This document shows positions 1 through 9,954 of a DNA stretch of 64,000 nt, piece after piece. Made by a program: the position numbers and the translations under genes. The DNA comes from Nemertoderma westbladi (Eukaryota > Animalia > Xenacoelomorpha): NCBI GenBank assembly GCA_032718475.1, contig JAUCBJ010007108.1:21406-85405 (forward strand). Reading direction: 5' to 3'. The stretch's first letter is position 1; every line of letters starts with the position of its first letter. Under the pieces are notes generated by a model. That model had not been told where the DNA came from. It made no database searches and saw only the letters and a list, made by a program, of their open reading frames with translations.

Positions 1-285
1 ACAAGCGATGTTTCGAATTATTGCTGGAAATCGTTTCTTCCGCAGAGTCGACAACAGGTAGTTGTGACCTAGTACCTCGTTCGCTCTCTAGTTTAGCCGG
101 TTGTTCGCTATTGACCCGATGGCTGTCTGGTATAGCCACTCCAGTAAACCGTCGTTGACACACACAAACGGAGCCTTTAATCTCGTCTATTAAACTCGGA
201 TACCCTAACGCCAGCGAGGTACCCGATGGCTCAGAGGACTCGATGACCGATCGCCCACCCGGGATTAGAGAATCGTCCGACAGTC

Positions 286-402
286 CTGCCCCCTGACCCT
301 GTACATCCGAACGACCTGCCCCCTGACCCTGTACATCCGAACGACCTGCCTCCAGTCCCCGCCCCTGACCCTGTACATCCGAACGACCTGCCTCCAGTCC
401 CC
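286..402. repeat. Short tandem repeat, ~30-42 bp unit (CCTGCCCCCTGACCCTGTACATCCGAACGA), 3 copies
   Basis: Unit visibly repeated at ~286, ~316 and ~361. Confidence 0.8.
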
Positions 403-1139
403 GTATATCCTCCTCCCTCCCTATGCTAGACGGCTCTGTCTCCAATCTCTCAGCAGTTTCCATTCCCCCCTTTCCGTAAACATTGCACCGCAGTTGTAGC
501 TCCTCTGGCAATGTCATCAACGGACTCAATTCAGATTTCTATAATTGTAAAAAATATCCTGTCACTGCGAGAGATATGTTAGTTCTAGAACAGATATTGG
601 TTTTCTATAACATTTTTTGTCAAGAAAAAAATAAAACTGGAGCGTATATAAATCCAGGGATCGTTATACCGATTGTAAAAATGTATTTCTTTTAGAGACT
701 AATAATATAACACTAGGTAACATGATAATGAGGTTGATTTCTAACACTCCCATCCGACTCCCATCCGGACCCATCCGACTCCCATCCGGACACAAAGTAA
801 TTAGTTATATTTTATTTAATTATTTACATTCTATTTTAATTTAATTTAAATTAAATTTCAAATTTTTAAATCTTAATCACATTGCTTGGAATTTGAAACA
901 CATTTTTTATAAGATTTAAGATTTTTATAAGATTTTTAAAAAATTATCTTTTGCGAAATCGCACTCACTGATCGTGGCCATTCTTCACATTAGTCGTATT
1001 TTTTTTTCATATCAATAGAAAGCTTGCGTTGCAAGGATTTCAATTATGTAACAATGTCTGAATTTCGTTGAGAAACAGCTGAGCCTGAGATGTATGCGTT
1101 CAAATTTGCGAGAATTATTGTTCACCCAAGGCCATTTAT

Positions 1140-2742
1140 TGGACGGATCCATCATGCTTGTCCTTATTTTTGGACGGATCCATCATGGATGTCCTTATTT
1201 TTGGACGGATCCATCATGGATGTCCTTATTTTTGGACGGATCCCTCATGGATGTCCTTATTTTTGGACGGATCCATCATGGATGTCCTTATTTTTGGACG
1301 GATCCCTCATGGATGTCCTTATTTTTGGACGGATCCATCATGGATGTTGGACGGATCCATCATGTATGTCCTTATTTTTGAACGGATCCATAATGGATGT
1401 CCTTATTTTTGGACGGATCCATCATGGATGTTGGACGGATCCATCATGGATGTCCTTATTTTTGGACGGAACCATCATGGATGTCCTTATCTTTGGACGG
1501 ATCCATCATGGATGTCCTTATTTTTGGACGGATCCATCATGGATGTTAGACGGATCCATGATGGATGTCCGTATTTTTGGACGGATCCATCATTGATGTT
1601 GGACGGATCCATCATGGATGTCCTTATTTTTGGACGGATCCATCATGGATGTTGTACGGATCCATCATGGATGTCCTCAGTTTTGGACGGATCCATCATT
1701 GATTTTGGACGGATCCATCATGGATGTCCTTATTTTTGGACGGATCCATCATGGATGTTGGACGGATCCATGATGGATGTCCGTATTTTTGGACGGATCC
1801 ATCATTGATGTTGGACGGATACATCATGGATGTCTTTATTTTTAGAAGGATCCATCATGGATGTTGGACGGATCCATCATGGATGTCTTTATTTTTGGAC
1901 GGATCCACCATGGATGTTGGACGGATCCATCATGGATGTCCTTATTTTTGGACGTATCCATCATGGATGTTGGACGGATACATCATGGATGTCCTTAGTT
2001 TTGGACGGATCCATCATGGATGTTGGACGGATCCACCATGGATGTCCTTATTTTTGGACGGATCCATCATGGATGTTGGACGGATCCATCATGGATGTCC
2101 TTATTTTTAGACGGATCCATCATGGATGTTGGACGGATCCATGATGGATGTCCTTATTTTTGGACGGATCCATCATGGATGTCCTTAGTTTTGGACGGAT
2201 CCATCATGGATGTTGGACGGATCCATCATGGATGTTGGACGGATCCATCATGGATGTTGGACGGATCCATCATGGATGTTGGACGGATCCATGATGGATG
2301 TCCTTATTTTTGGACGGATCCATCATGGATGTTGGACGGATCCATGATGGATGTCCTTATTTTTGGACGGATCCATGATGGATGTCCTTATTTTTGGACG
2401 GATCCATCATGGATGTTGTACGGATCCATCATGGATGTCCTTATTTTGGACGGATCCATCATGGATGTTGGACGGATCCATGATGGATGTCCTTATTTTT
2501 GGACGGATCTATCATGGATGTTGGACGGATCCATGATGGATGTCCTTATTTTTGGACGCATCCATCATGGATGTTGGACGGATCTATGATGGATGTCCTT
2601 ATTTTTGGACGGATCCATGACGGATGTCCTTATTTTTGGACGGATCCATCATGGATGTTGGACGGATCCATCATGGATGTCCTTAGTTTTGGACGGATCC
2701 ATCATGGATGTCCTTATTTTTGGACGCATCCATCATGGATGT
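1140..2742. repeat. Satellite of mixed 31-bp (GGACGGATCCATCATGGATGTCCTTATTTTT) and 22-bp (GGACGGATCCATCATGGATGTT) monomers; resumes at 21384-21480
   Basis: Directly visible tandem array with an internal palindrome ATCCAT-C-ATGGAT. It continues in phase on the far side of the LTR element. Confidence 0.95.
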
Positions 2743-3912
2743 TGTTTGCGCTTTTAAGACCTTTGACAGTTTAACCTGCCAAAATTAGAATGTCTTTTGG
2801 ATGATAGATAGTCTTTAGCCTATGACGAGTATTTGATACACTACATTAGCTGAAGCCAGTCTATGCGCAATCATTCACCCGCTGGATATACCCGGGAGAC
2901 TGAATTCGGAAGCTTAATGATTGATGGTGTAAGCCTACTGTATTATTCGACTGATCGTAATATATAATCTCTGACAAATATTATTCACTTTCGGGAAATA
3001 TTAACAGTTCCTTTAGGACGTGGCGCTCTAAATATGTAAACAGAGTTATGACTTAAACTAGACACAACGAAAAGGCTATAGATTCACGTATATGGCGCAT
3101 TCTTTAGGAGATGCTTTGTTATCAGTTACACTCATACACAATGCTGCACAATACTGCACACTAATCTGCCGACCTTCACTAAATTTGGTCACGTATAAAG
3201 AGAGCAACATACAATTTATGTCGGGCATATGAAATAGCATTAGATTCACTTCAAACCACCGTCGCAATCGTTTATCTGTAACCGGTCTCTCTAACCTTTA
3301 GTATATCAAGAAGATTGGGATGTCGGACTATTGATCAGTATTCCGATATAATATTTCATCAACAAATATAACGAATAACCGACAGTAAAAGCAGTAAAGT
3401 TAAGGTATAAATGATTATTAAGTGAGTGAATTAACTCGGTAACTCGTTTGCATTGGTATGGTTAGGTTAGATAACAGATATACGTTCTATAATTAAGCCT
3501 ACTAATGTAAGACTAAAGACTGAAACACGGAGGTGCCAAAAGCCGGTGTTCTTAGGCTCTGGGCAAAAACATAACACTGAATTCCTGAGTTTCTGTATCC
3601 ACCTCCAACACAGAGACAAAAAACGCTCTGATTGGTCGACCGAACAACGAGAGAACAAAGAAACAAAGAAATGTCGACGTGGCAATATCAGCTGTTAGAT
3701 CATCATGGTAGCGACACTGTTTTCAAGAGTATCGAGCTTATTGCGTCCCGAAATTGCGGATTATGTCCTCTAAAGTACAAATACAGAAGAAATGGCTTTT
3801 ATGTCCTCTAAAACACCAGTACAGTAAGGACACGGCCTTTTTATGCCCAGTAAACCAACTACAGAGTACTTTACGGGGAAAATAACCGGCTAATTACGCA
3901 AAAGCTTTTACA
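2743..3912 (-). repeat. 3' LTR (1170 bp)
   Basis: Matches 20204-21383 except four substitutions and two small indel/replacements. A short purine-rich PPT-like GGGAGCGG precedes it on the minus strand (3913-3920). Confidence 0.95.
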
Positions 3913-3990
3913 CCGCTCCCAGAAAATGGGATTTAAGTCTATAAAATATAACAAATCACAGTTTCTAAAATATAAAGATACTCTAAACAG

Positions 3991-6822
3991 TTAGTCTTTC
4001 TTACGCGGACGGCGTTTACGCAGTTTTTTGAGGCTAGTAAGAGTCCTTTTCTCTTTGGGGCGAGCCACTTTACTAGGAGGGCTGTAACTCCTGGGTGAAG
4101 GGTGCAATACAATTGCATCAGAAGGTTTCGGATTGCGATCGGTGTATCCGCCGGTCGAGGTACCTGGTTGATCGATATCAACTTCCGTGGAGCGAGGTCT
4201 AACAGCCTTTAGGGCGCGCCTCAGGACAGCAGCTCCTACGGGTCCTTGACGGGTTGTCTGGGCAATGGCGGTAGGTGGACCGTGAGTGGTGAGAAACTTC
4301 CTTGGTTTAATAGTTCTTTCCAACTCGCGTTCTCGGGCTCGATATTCGTAGGGCCGTCGAGATACTTCCTGTAACTCAGGGTGCGAGTTGATAAATAAAT
4401 CGCCATACTCAGGGTCTTGACGGATATAATTGATCAAATGGTATGAAGTAATATCGTTAGGATTGACGTTCCTAAGGTATCTTCTAACAAATTTAGTGGA
4501 AATACACTCACCAACACGCTTCATTAGCTCGTAACTCGGTATGCGTGTTTTTTGTTCCACAGACGCTAATAAATAAGGATGGAACGCGTAAACTCCCTCG
4601 TAAGAGCGTCCAGGGTAGTATCGATGACGGGACTCACAGTGTAAATCCGCGTTAGCTTCCCAAGCTCGGATGTAGCGCAGGGTAATCATTTCATCTACGC
4701 TCTCTAAATCGTGATTAAAGGGGCAATTATAACTGGCATGTCCTTTAAGTTGACAGTGGTGGCATTGAGTCATAAATTGGGGGCAGACTGCAAAAATATG
4801 AGAGTTATTAAGTCTGCAATACGCACAATATATCTCCATCATTGGTTGTTCGTGGAAATAGGAACAGGGTACGTCTGAGTCCATAGGAGTGAAATGGTCT
4901 CTCGATGCGCATAATCGACAACGTTTTCGAGAAACATAGTTAGCGTGTCGATAATCGTATGCGGTGAGACATTGTGGACCTTGATACCACTCTAAGACGT
5001 AGTCGTTATCGCTGCTCCGGGGCGCTGTAGGCTGAATCGCTTCAGCTTCTAAGCATATTGGTTCATCTTCCAATTGCATAGCTGAGGTAGGTGCGGCTGT
5101 CTCCGCAAGCGGACCCACTGTCTGAACTTCGACGACAGAATAACCCGTGGGTATTCGGGGTCTTTGTATAACAGATGAGTGCAAGTTCTGTATACAAACG
5201 TCCTGAAAAAGGGCAAATCCCGCGCTGTTTAGCTTCTCCGCCGCTGAGTCTCTCAGGCTGAGTTTGGTCAGAGCGCGGTCCTTGAACTGACTATCAACGT
5301 TACGGAACGGAGTCAGAAAGCGCCTGAAACATTCAAAGCGGATGAATTTATTGTGTTCATCTAACTTGGCGAGTTTGGTTCCAAGTATTAAGGGATGGGC
5401 GCGTATGGTACGACTGCACACATCGGCTAGCCAACCCGCAAGTGCTGCGTTTTCAAAGATCGTGTATATAGCTAAGGAGGGACGAAGTGGAACACTCATA
5501 AAGCTATACACGGCTCCAGGTGCGGTCAATGGTCCATCAAAGTATAAACGAGAATAATGATCTCCGTATACTTGTTGGTAATTTATAGGATTTCCAACCT
5601 TGAAATTACTTTGAAAGGCAAGATGTCCGATGGAGGTTCGTTGTACTTTGGTAATTCCGCTGGGTGTATTGGCATACATAGTGCGGAAGAAACCTCGGCC
5701 TTCTGCCCAAGGAGCAATCAGCTGAGTATCAACGAAGGGGTATAGAATGTTCTCCATATTCCGAAAGTCGTTCTGTAGGTCTCCATAAACAGCTGAGCCG
5801 ATTTTAAGGATTCCTTCGTTAAACAGCATCTCGAGCACGGGTTGGGGTAACATCGATCCATCGATACCCATGGCCGGCTTGCGCTCGGTGTCGGTGACGT
5901 AACGCTGCGCGAGTTCAAATTGTCCATGTCGGAGTTTCTTTTGTGTCTCAGTAAGAGTTTCAAAAGAATAATCAATAACGTCGGAACACGCTCGAGTAAA
6001 TACGTGGGTAGAACCAGCGAGTCCTCGTATGTGTATCATCCGCGTAGTTCCAAGTTCTCCAACCGGAACGCTACCTTCGTTATCGTAAGTGACAACTCCA
6101 TACATCTCGATAACGTTAAGAGTTTCGTTCCACTCTTTAGTGGCGTTTTCGAGTGTCATTCCCACAGGATGCCACAAGGTAGCACATTCGCTAGCATTAT
6201 GCAGGTCTTTATACTTTAAATATTGTGTGGTATATGTTTCCACATCTCCATATCGTTGTATTCTTTCCTCCTCGAATAACACATCAAGATTCCAGTGCAC
6301 TAAACGAGTTTTGATGAATCCATCAAGATTATACGGAGGTATTGTTTCTTTCTCTATTCTGGAAACATTATATGGTTTTCGAAATGAGTTTACTTTAACT
6401 AACTGATCCAGATGTTTCTGCAGTTGTTCGAGTTCGACAAGATCGAGAGGATTTATTAACGGTAGAAACTTCGGACTATGTGTAGGATCTTCCGGTTTTA
6501 CCATGTAATATTGTTTTAGATTGACGTAATAAGGGTGATCTTTGATCCCATAAAACGAGTCCGGTAAAGGTCTAGCGCGTATGTTTACATCGTGTACCAT
6601 GCGACGGACAAGATCTGCTCTATTGTCCGGAGGTTCAACGAGTATACCATCGACACGAGCGGATTCGATGGGCGGACGCTGCAACAGAGGAGCGTCGGCG
6701 ATAAGATCGCGAGATCTTAGGTTGATATCAACCGGTTGGGGTTGTGCCGTCGCAAAAAGTTTGTCTCCGAAATGGGGAACCATCGAGGGATGAAGAATGG
6801 TTTTAGAGTAGAGATCCGTCAT
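3991..6822 (-). CDS. Accessory retrotransposon ORF (943 aa): putative WRN/EXD2-like DEDDy 3'-5' exonuclease, CCHC zinc knuckles, basic C-terminus
   Basis: ExoI-like VVTYDNEG; ExoII-like LPQPVLEMLFNEGILKIGSAVYGDL..FVDTQLIA; ExoIII-like PLRPSLAIYTIFE. Knuckles CAYCRLNNSHIFAVC and CHHCQLKGHASYNC. Tail KKLRKRRPRKKD. Confidence 0.7.
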   Translation of the reverse strand: MTDLYSKTILHPSMVPHFGDKLFATAQPQPVDINLRSRDLIADAPLLQRPPIESARVDGILVEPPDNRADLVRRMVHDVNIRARPLPDSFYGIKDHPYYVNLKQYYMVKPEDPTHSPKFLPLINPLDLVELEQLQKHLDQLVKVNSFRKPYNVSRIEKETIPPYNLDGFIKTRLVHWNLDVLFEEERIQRYGDVETYTTQYLKYKDLHNASECATLWHPVGMTLENATKEWNETLNVIEMYGVVTYDNEGSVPVGELGTTRMIHIRGLAGSTHVFTRACSDVIDYSFETLTETQKKLRHGQFELAQRYVTDTERKPAMGIDGSMLPQPVLEMLFNEGILKIGSAVYGDLQNDFRNMENILYPFVDTQLIAPWAEGRGFFRTMYANTPSGITKVQRTSIGHLAFQSNFKVGNPINYQQVYGDHYSRLYFDGPLTAPGAVYSFMSVPLRPSLAIYTIFENAALAGWLADVCSRTIRAHPLILGTKLAKLDEHNKFIRFECFRRFLTPFRNVDSQFKDRALTKLSLRDSAAEKLNSAGFALFQDVCIQNLHSSVIQRPRIPTGYSVVEVQTVGPLAETAAPTSAMQLEDEPICLEAEAIQPTAPRSSDNDYVLEWYQGPQCLTAYDYRHANYVSRKRCRLCASRDHFTPMDSDVPCSYFHEQPMMEIYCAYCRLNNSHIFAVCPQFMTQCHHCQLKGHASYNCPFNHDLESVDEMITLRYIRAWEANADLHCESRHRYYPGRSYEGVYAFHPYLLASVEQKTRIPSYELMKRVGECISTKFVRRYLRNVNPNDITSYHLINYIRQDPEYGDLFINSHPELQEVSRRPYEYRARERELERTIKPRKFLTTHGPPTAIAQTTRQGPVGAAVLRRALKAVRPRSTEVDIDQPGTSTGGYTDRNPKPSDAIVLHPSPRSYSPPSKVARPKEKRTLTSLKKLRKRRPRKKD

Positions 6823-6954
6823 AAGGATTTGCGCTTCGGGTTGAGCTAAAGCCGCTTCTTCTCTCTCATCCAGTTCTATATGTCTCTCCTCGAGCTGATT
6901 CTCCTCCGCTTGTTGTTGTAGACGCTCATCTAGAAACTCTTGTAAAGAGTAGGT

Positions 6955-8235
6955 TCATCCACGTTCGATGTCCTCCTCGAGATTTTGTATTTCTCTATCG
7001 AACTGGGGTAAAGCTAATTCCTTCACCGCTTGGACTTGTTGCTGCAATTTACGCTTCTCCAAACAATCGTACGTTCCCTTTCCGATTTTCTGCCGAATAG
7101 CGTCTAATGCGTTTCGTACGACGCTCTCTTCGACTTCCGTAACGGGTTGGATAGAGGTGAAGCCGGGACGGTTGTATGGGTTAAACGGCGATATGAGATG
7201 ACCACGTCCCAATCCAGCTAGGTAGGGTTGGCGAATGTCTCGTGAGCCTACTACCGGAGTGCCACCGATCAACTGTTCGGGTAACACTAGATCTTTGAAC
7301 AGTGAGTACAGTTCGGGAGGATCCGTGATACTATTAGGGTCAAGAGTTTGAGGTCTAACTGAGGAATGCGGAGGTCTGACCGAGTATTCCGGAACTCTGA
7401 TCATCGGTTTGTTCAAGGATCGCTTGAGTCGAGCGACCGCAGGGGACACGTCGAACAGGTTTCGCTCGAAACTCCCGTAAGTATATCGTGTAAAACTGTG
7501 TTTAGCGCAACGTATCCGCGGATGTTTATGTCTTTCCGTTTGCTGATTGGGTCTAGGGCATTCGTCGCAGTAATACCAAAGACGCATGTCCTGCAGAGGA
7601 AACGCGGGTGATCGTTCTCCAGTTTTACAATATTCCTCCATCTGTTCGAAGCTATCCGGGACGACAGGTAGCGGTCGATCGGCGGTAAGATACATCATAG
7701 TGAAATAGAGTCGTTTGAGTTCTATCATAGGATCATGATGTATACCTTGAGGATATCGAGTTTCGAGATTTTGTTGACTGGCAATATTGAGGTATGTTTC
7801 TCTCAAGAATTCCAGATAATCGTTGAAGTCGTTGCGTTTATCCGGCTCTTCAACGTCTTCTCTCTCGAGTCTGTTTCGAATAGAGTTCTCGTGTTCTATT
7901 CTTGGCTTATCGTTCCGATTCCGCTGGGTATGATATTTAAATAAAACCATTTCCCTTTCGGTATCCACATCGTCCGTGTCGTGTAAATCGATAGGATGGC
8001 CGGTAGTTAAGAAGTCCATATACGTACCATTACGATGCGTATAACGAGCGGTGAACTTTCTATAGTCCAATTCACGCGTAAGTTGCTCCGGGGACATCGG
8101 CGGTTCGATATAACGACCATCATCCTCCGTAGTAGTTGGACCAGCGTCGCCGTGTATCAAGCTATCGACAAACGCTTGTAAAGGTAGAGTATATCGCTCC
8201 CTGATACCAAGATCATCTTCTATCAACTCAGTCAT
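6955..8235 (-). CDS. N-terminal part (426 aa) of the accessory ORF, unknown function; in frame with the 943-aa ORF across one TGA
   Basis: Long open frame with ATG. The 44 codons between the TGA (6955-6957) and the ATG at 6822 are open and in frame (TYSLQEFLDERLQQQAEE...). Confidence 0.7.
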   Translation of the reverse strand: MTELIEDDLGIRERYTLPLQAFVDSLIHGDAGPTTTEDDGRYIEPPMSPEQLTRELDYRKFTARYTHRNGTYMDFLTTGHPIDLHDTDDVDTEREMVLFKYHTQRNRNDKPRIEHENSIRNRLEREDVEEPDKRNDFNDYLEFLRETYLNIASQQNLETRYPQGIHHDPMIELKRLYFTMMYLTADRPLPVVPDSFEQMEEYCKTGERSPAFPLQDMRLWYYCDECPRPNQQTERHKHPRIRCAKHSFTRYTYGSFERNLFDVSPAVARLKRSLNKPMIRVPEYSVRPPHSSVRPQTLDPNSITDPPELYSLFKDLVLPEQLIGGTPVVGSRDIRQPYLAGLGRGHLISPFNPYNRPGFTSIQPVTEVEESVVRNALDAIRQKIGKGTYDCLEKRKLQQQVQAVKELALPQFDREIQNLEEDIERG

Positions 8236-9954
8236 ATCTGCTATGAGTTTATCAATATTATAATGAGTTTATATATATATTAGGCTAGCGGGCGTCGCTG
8301 CCTACCCCTCTTTTGCCCCCGGACAGTGTAAGATCCTCAGCGCCGATGTACCGTCGTCGCTGTGCTTTCGCCAACGATGTAGCTACACAACGACAACGAT
8401 AACCGGCACAAGTCACTTCACTGTCCGTCCCAAAGGCTTAGATGTACTGCAGGTTCTTCTTGGAGAGTTAGGGTTACTTTCACAATTGCGACTCGCTACT
8501 GTAAACACACCTTAGTAGTAACATTCACCTACAAACGCACAAATTCAACACAACTGCAACAAACTGCACACATTCGGGCCATTTGTCCGTTAGTCAGTAC
8601 CTTCCAGAATGTCACTGTATTTATTATATATCCTTGGATACTAGCGGTGTGCTATTTATTCCCTATGCTATTCAATGGGGCATGCCTTCTATTGTTCTTT
8701 TAACTCACTTCTAATTCTAGCGTGGTTGTTGCCATGGTGACATTATGGAAAGCTAGCGGTAGAATTAGGGTAATTCTCATGCATACAGATCTGGGATGCT
8801 ATTTAATAGTAATTCTTTAATGGTCAATATCCCCTTTATACATGATTCTATGAATTTTATCGGCTATTGACTATACATTAGAGATTCTCGCACACAAATA
8901 CACTTAATAGAGTGAATCTCCGCTCCCATGATCTATTAATTAATGGAATTTTGGGAATGTTATAAATTGTATAAAATGACAATTTATTAAATTCATTGAA
9001 ATATCTGAATTTAAATTTATTCCCGTAAATTTTATTATTTAATGTTAAATAGACACAATTTTATTCCAGAACGTGTCTGGGGACTGGGATCCTTGATTCT
9101 AGGAATTTTGTCCTTTTAAGAGTATCGGTAAGTGCTACGATATCTTAATCGACTAGAATTTTAAAGGATCTGATATTTGACAGATTTTTGTAAATATTAA
9201 TAATTAATATTTAGGATGGGCACCAGTTTATTCCAGAACTTGTCTGGGGACGTTAACCATTGATTCTAGAAATTTGTCTTTCAAGTATATCGGTGGGTGC
9301 CGCGATATCTTAATCGACTAGAATTACAGATGGTCAAAGGGTTTAACAGATTTATTTTGCGTTATACGCTACTGTTAAAGGGACATCACGCTACTATATG
9401 TATTATTTAATATACGGTATGAGAGCAATATCGCACGAAGCAATGTCAGTGTGAAGAGGCAAGTCGTTTCCAAGGTCTACCCAGAGCTTGGTTTAGCCGA
9501 GACACGAGGATCTGAACTTTGCATTCCTAATACTCTGCCTACCAATAATACTTGAATATAGTAGTGGCTTTATTGTACTTTAATAAGTACGAAGATTTCA
9601 TCTTACTGTAGTCACGTATTGATAATGTAATACGGGCAGTAAGGAAAGAGAAAAAGAATTATTTCTCGCCGTCGCACTAAATATATAATATACGTAATTA
9701 AATAATAAACGCGAATATATATTGCACTAATCTACTAAATAATCTCTAAAATACCATACTACTAAATAAAATTAAATAAAACGATTAAAATAAAATTACA
9801 TAATAATACATACATAAATATAAAAATAAAACAAATACAAATATAAAGTAATATGGTCACACACCCACTCCAGCCGTTGTTAAGTTGGGGAGTCCCTAGA
9901 TGTTTGTTGGATTAGGGAGGTGGTCGTGGGAAGAGTATCTTGTCTCCCATAGTT

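Noticed and set aside
940-1137. Inverted similarity to ~22525-22690 suggesting one 21-kb composite transposon
   Set aside because: The copies are diverged, partial and lack a shared TSD; more simply two members of a common dispersed repeat.
1090-2774. Overlapping repetitive ORFs (DGSIMDVLIFGRIHHG...)
   Set aside because: Translations of the 31/22-bp satellite in all frames; not genes.
3076-3685. Short ORFs within the LTR (repeated at 20936-21154)
   Set aside because: Non-ATG starts and no motifs; duplicated only because they lie in the LTRs.
3991-8235. ORF3 as an envelope gene
   Set aside because: No signal peptide or hydrophobic TM segment visible; nuclease-like motifs, zinc knuckles and a basic tail instead.
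8330-8372. CTGAGGA and GAAA on the minus strand within the ORF3 leader hairpin
   Set aside because: Stems cannot be arranged into hammerhead topology with a UH cleavage site.
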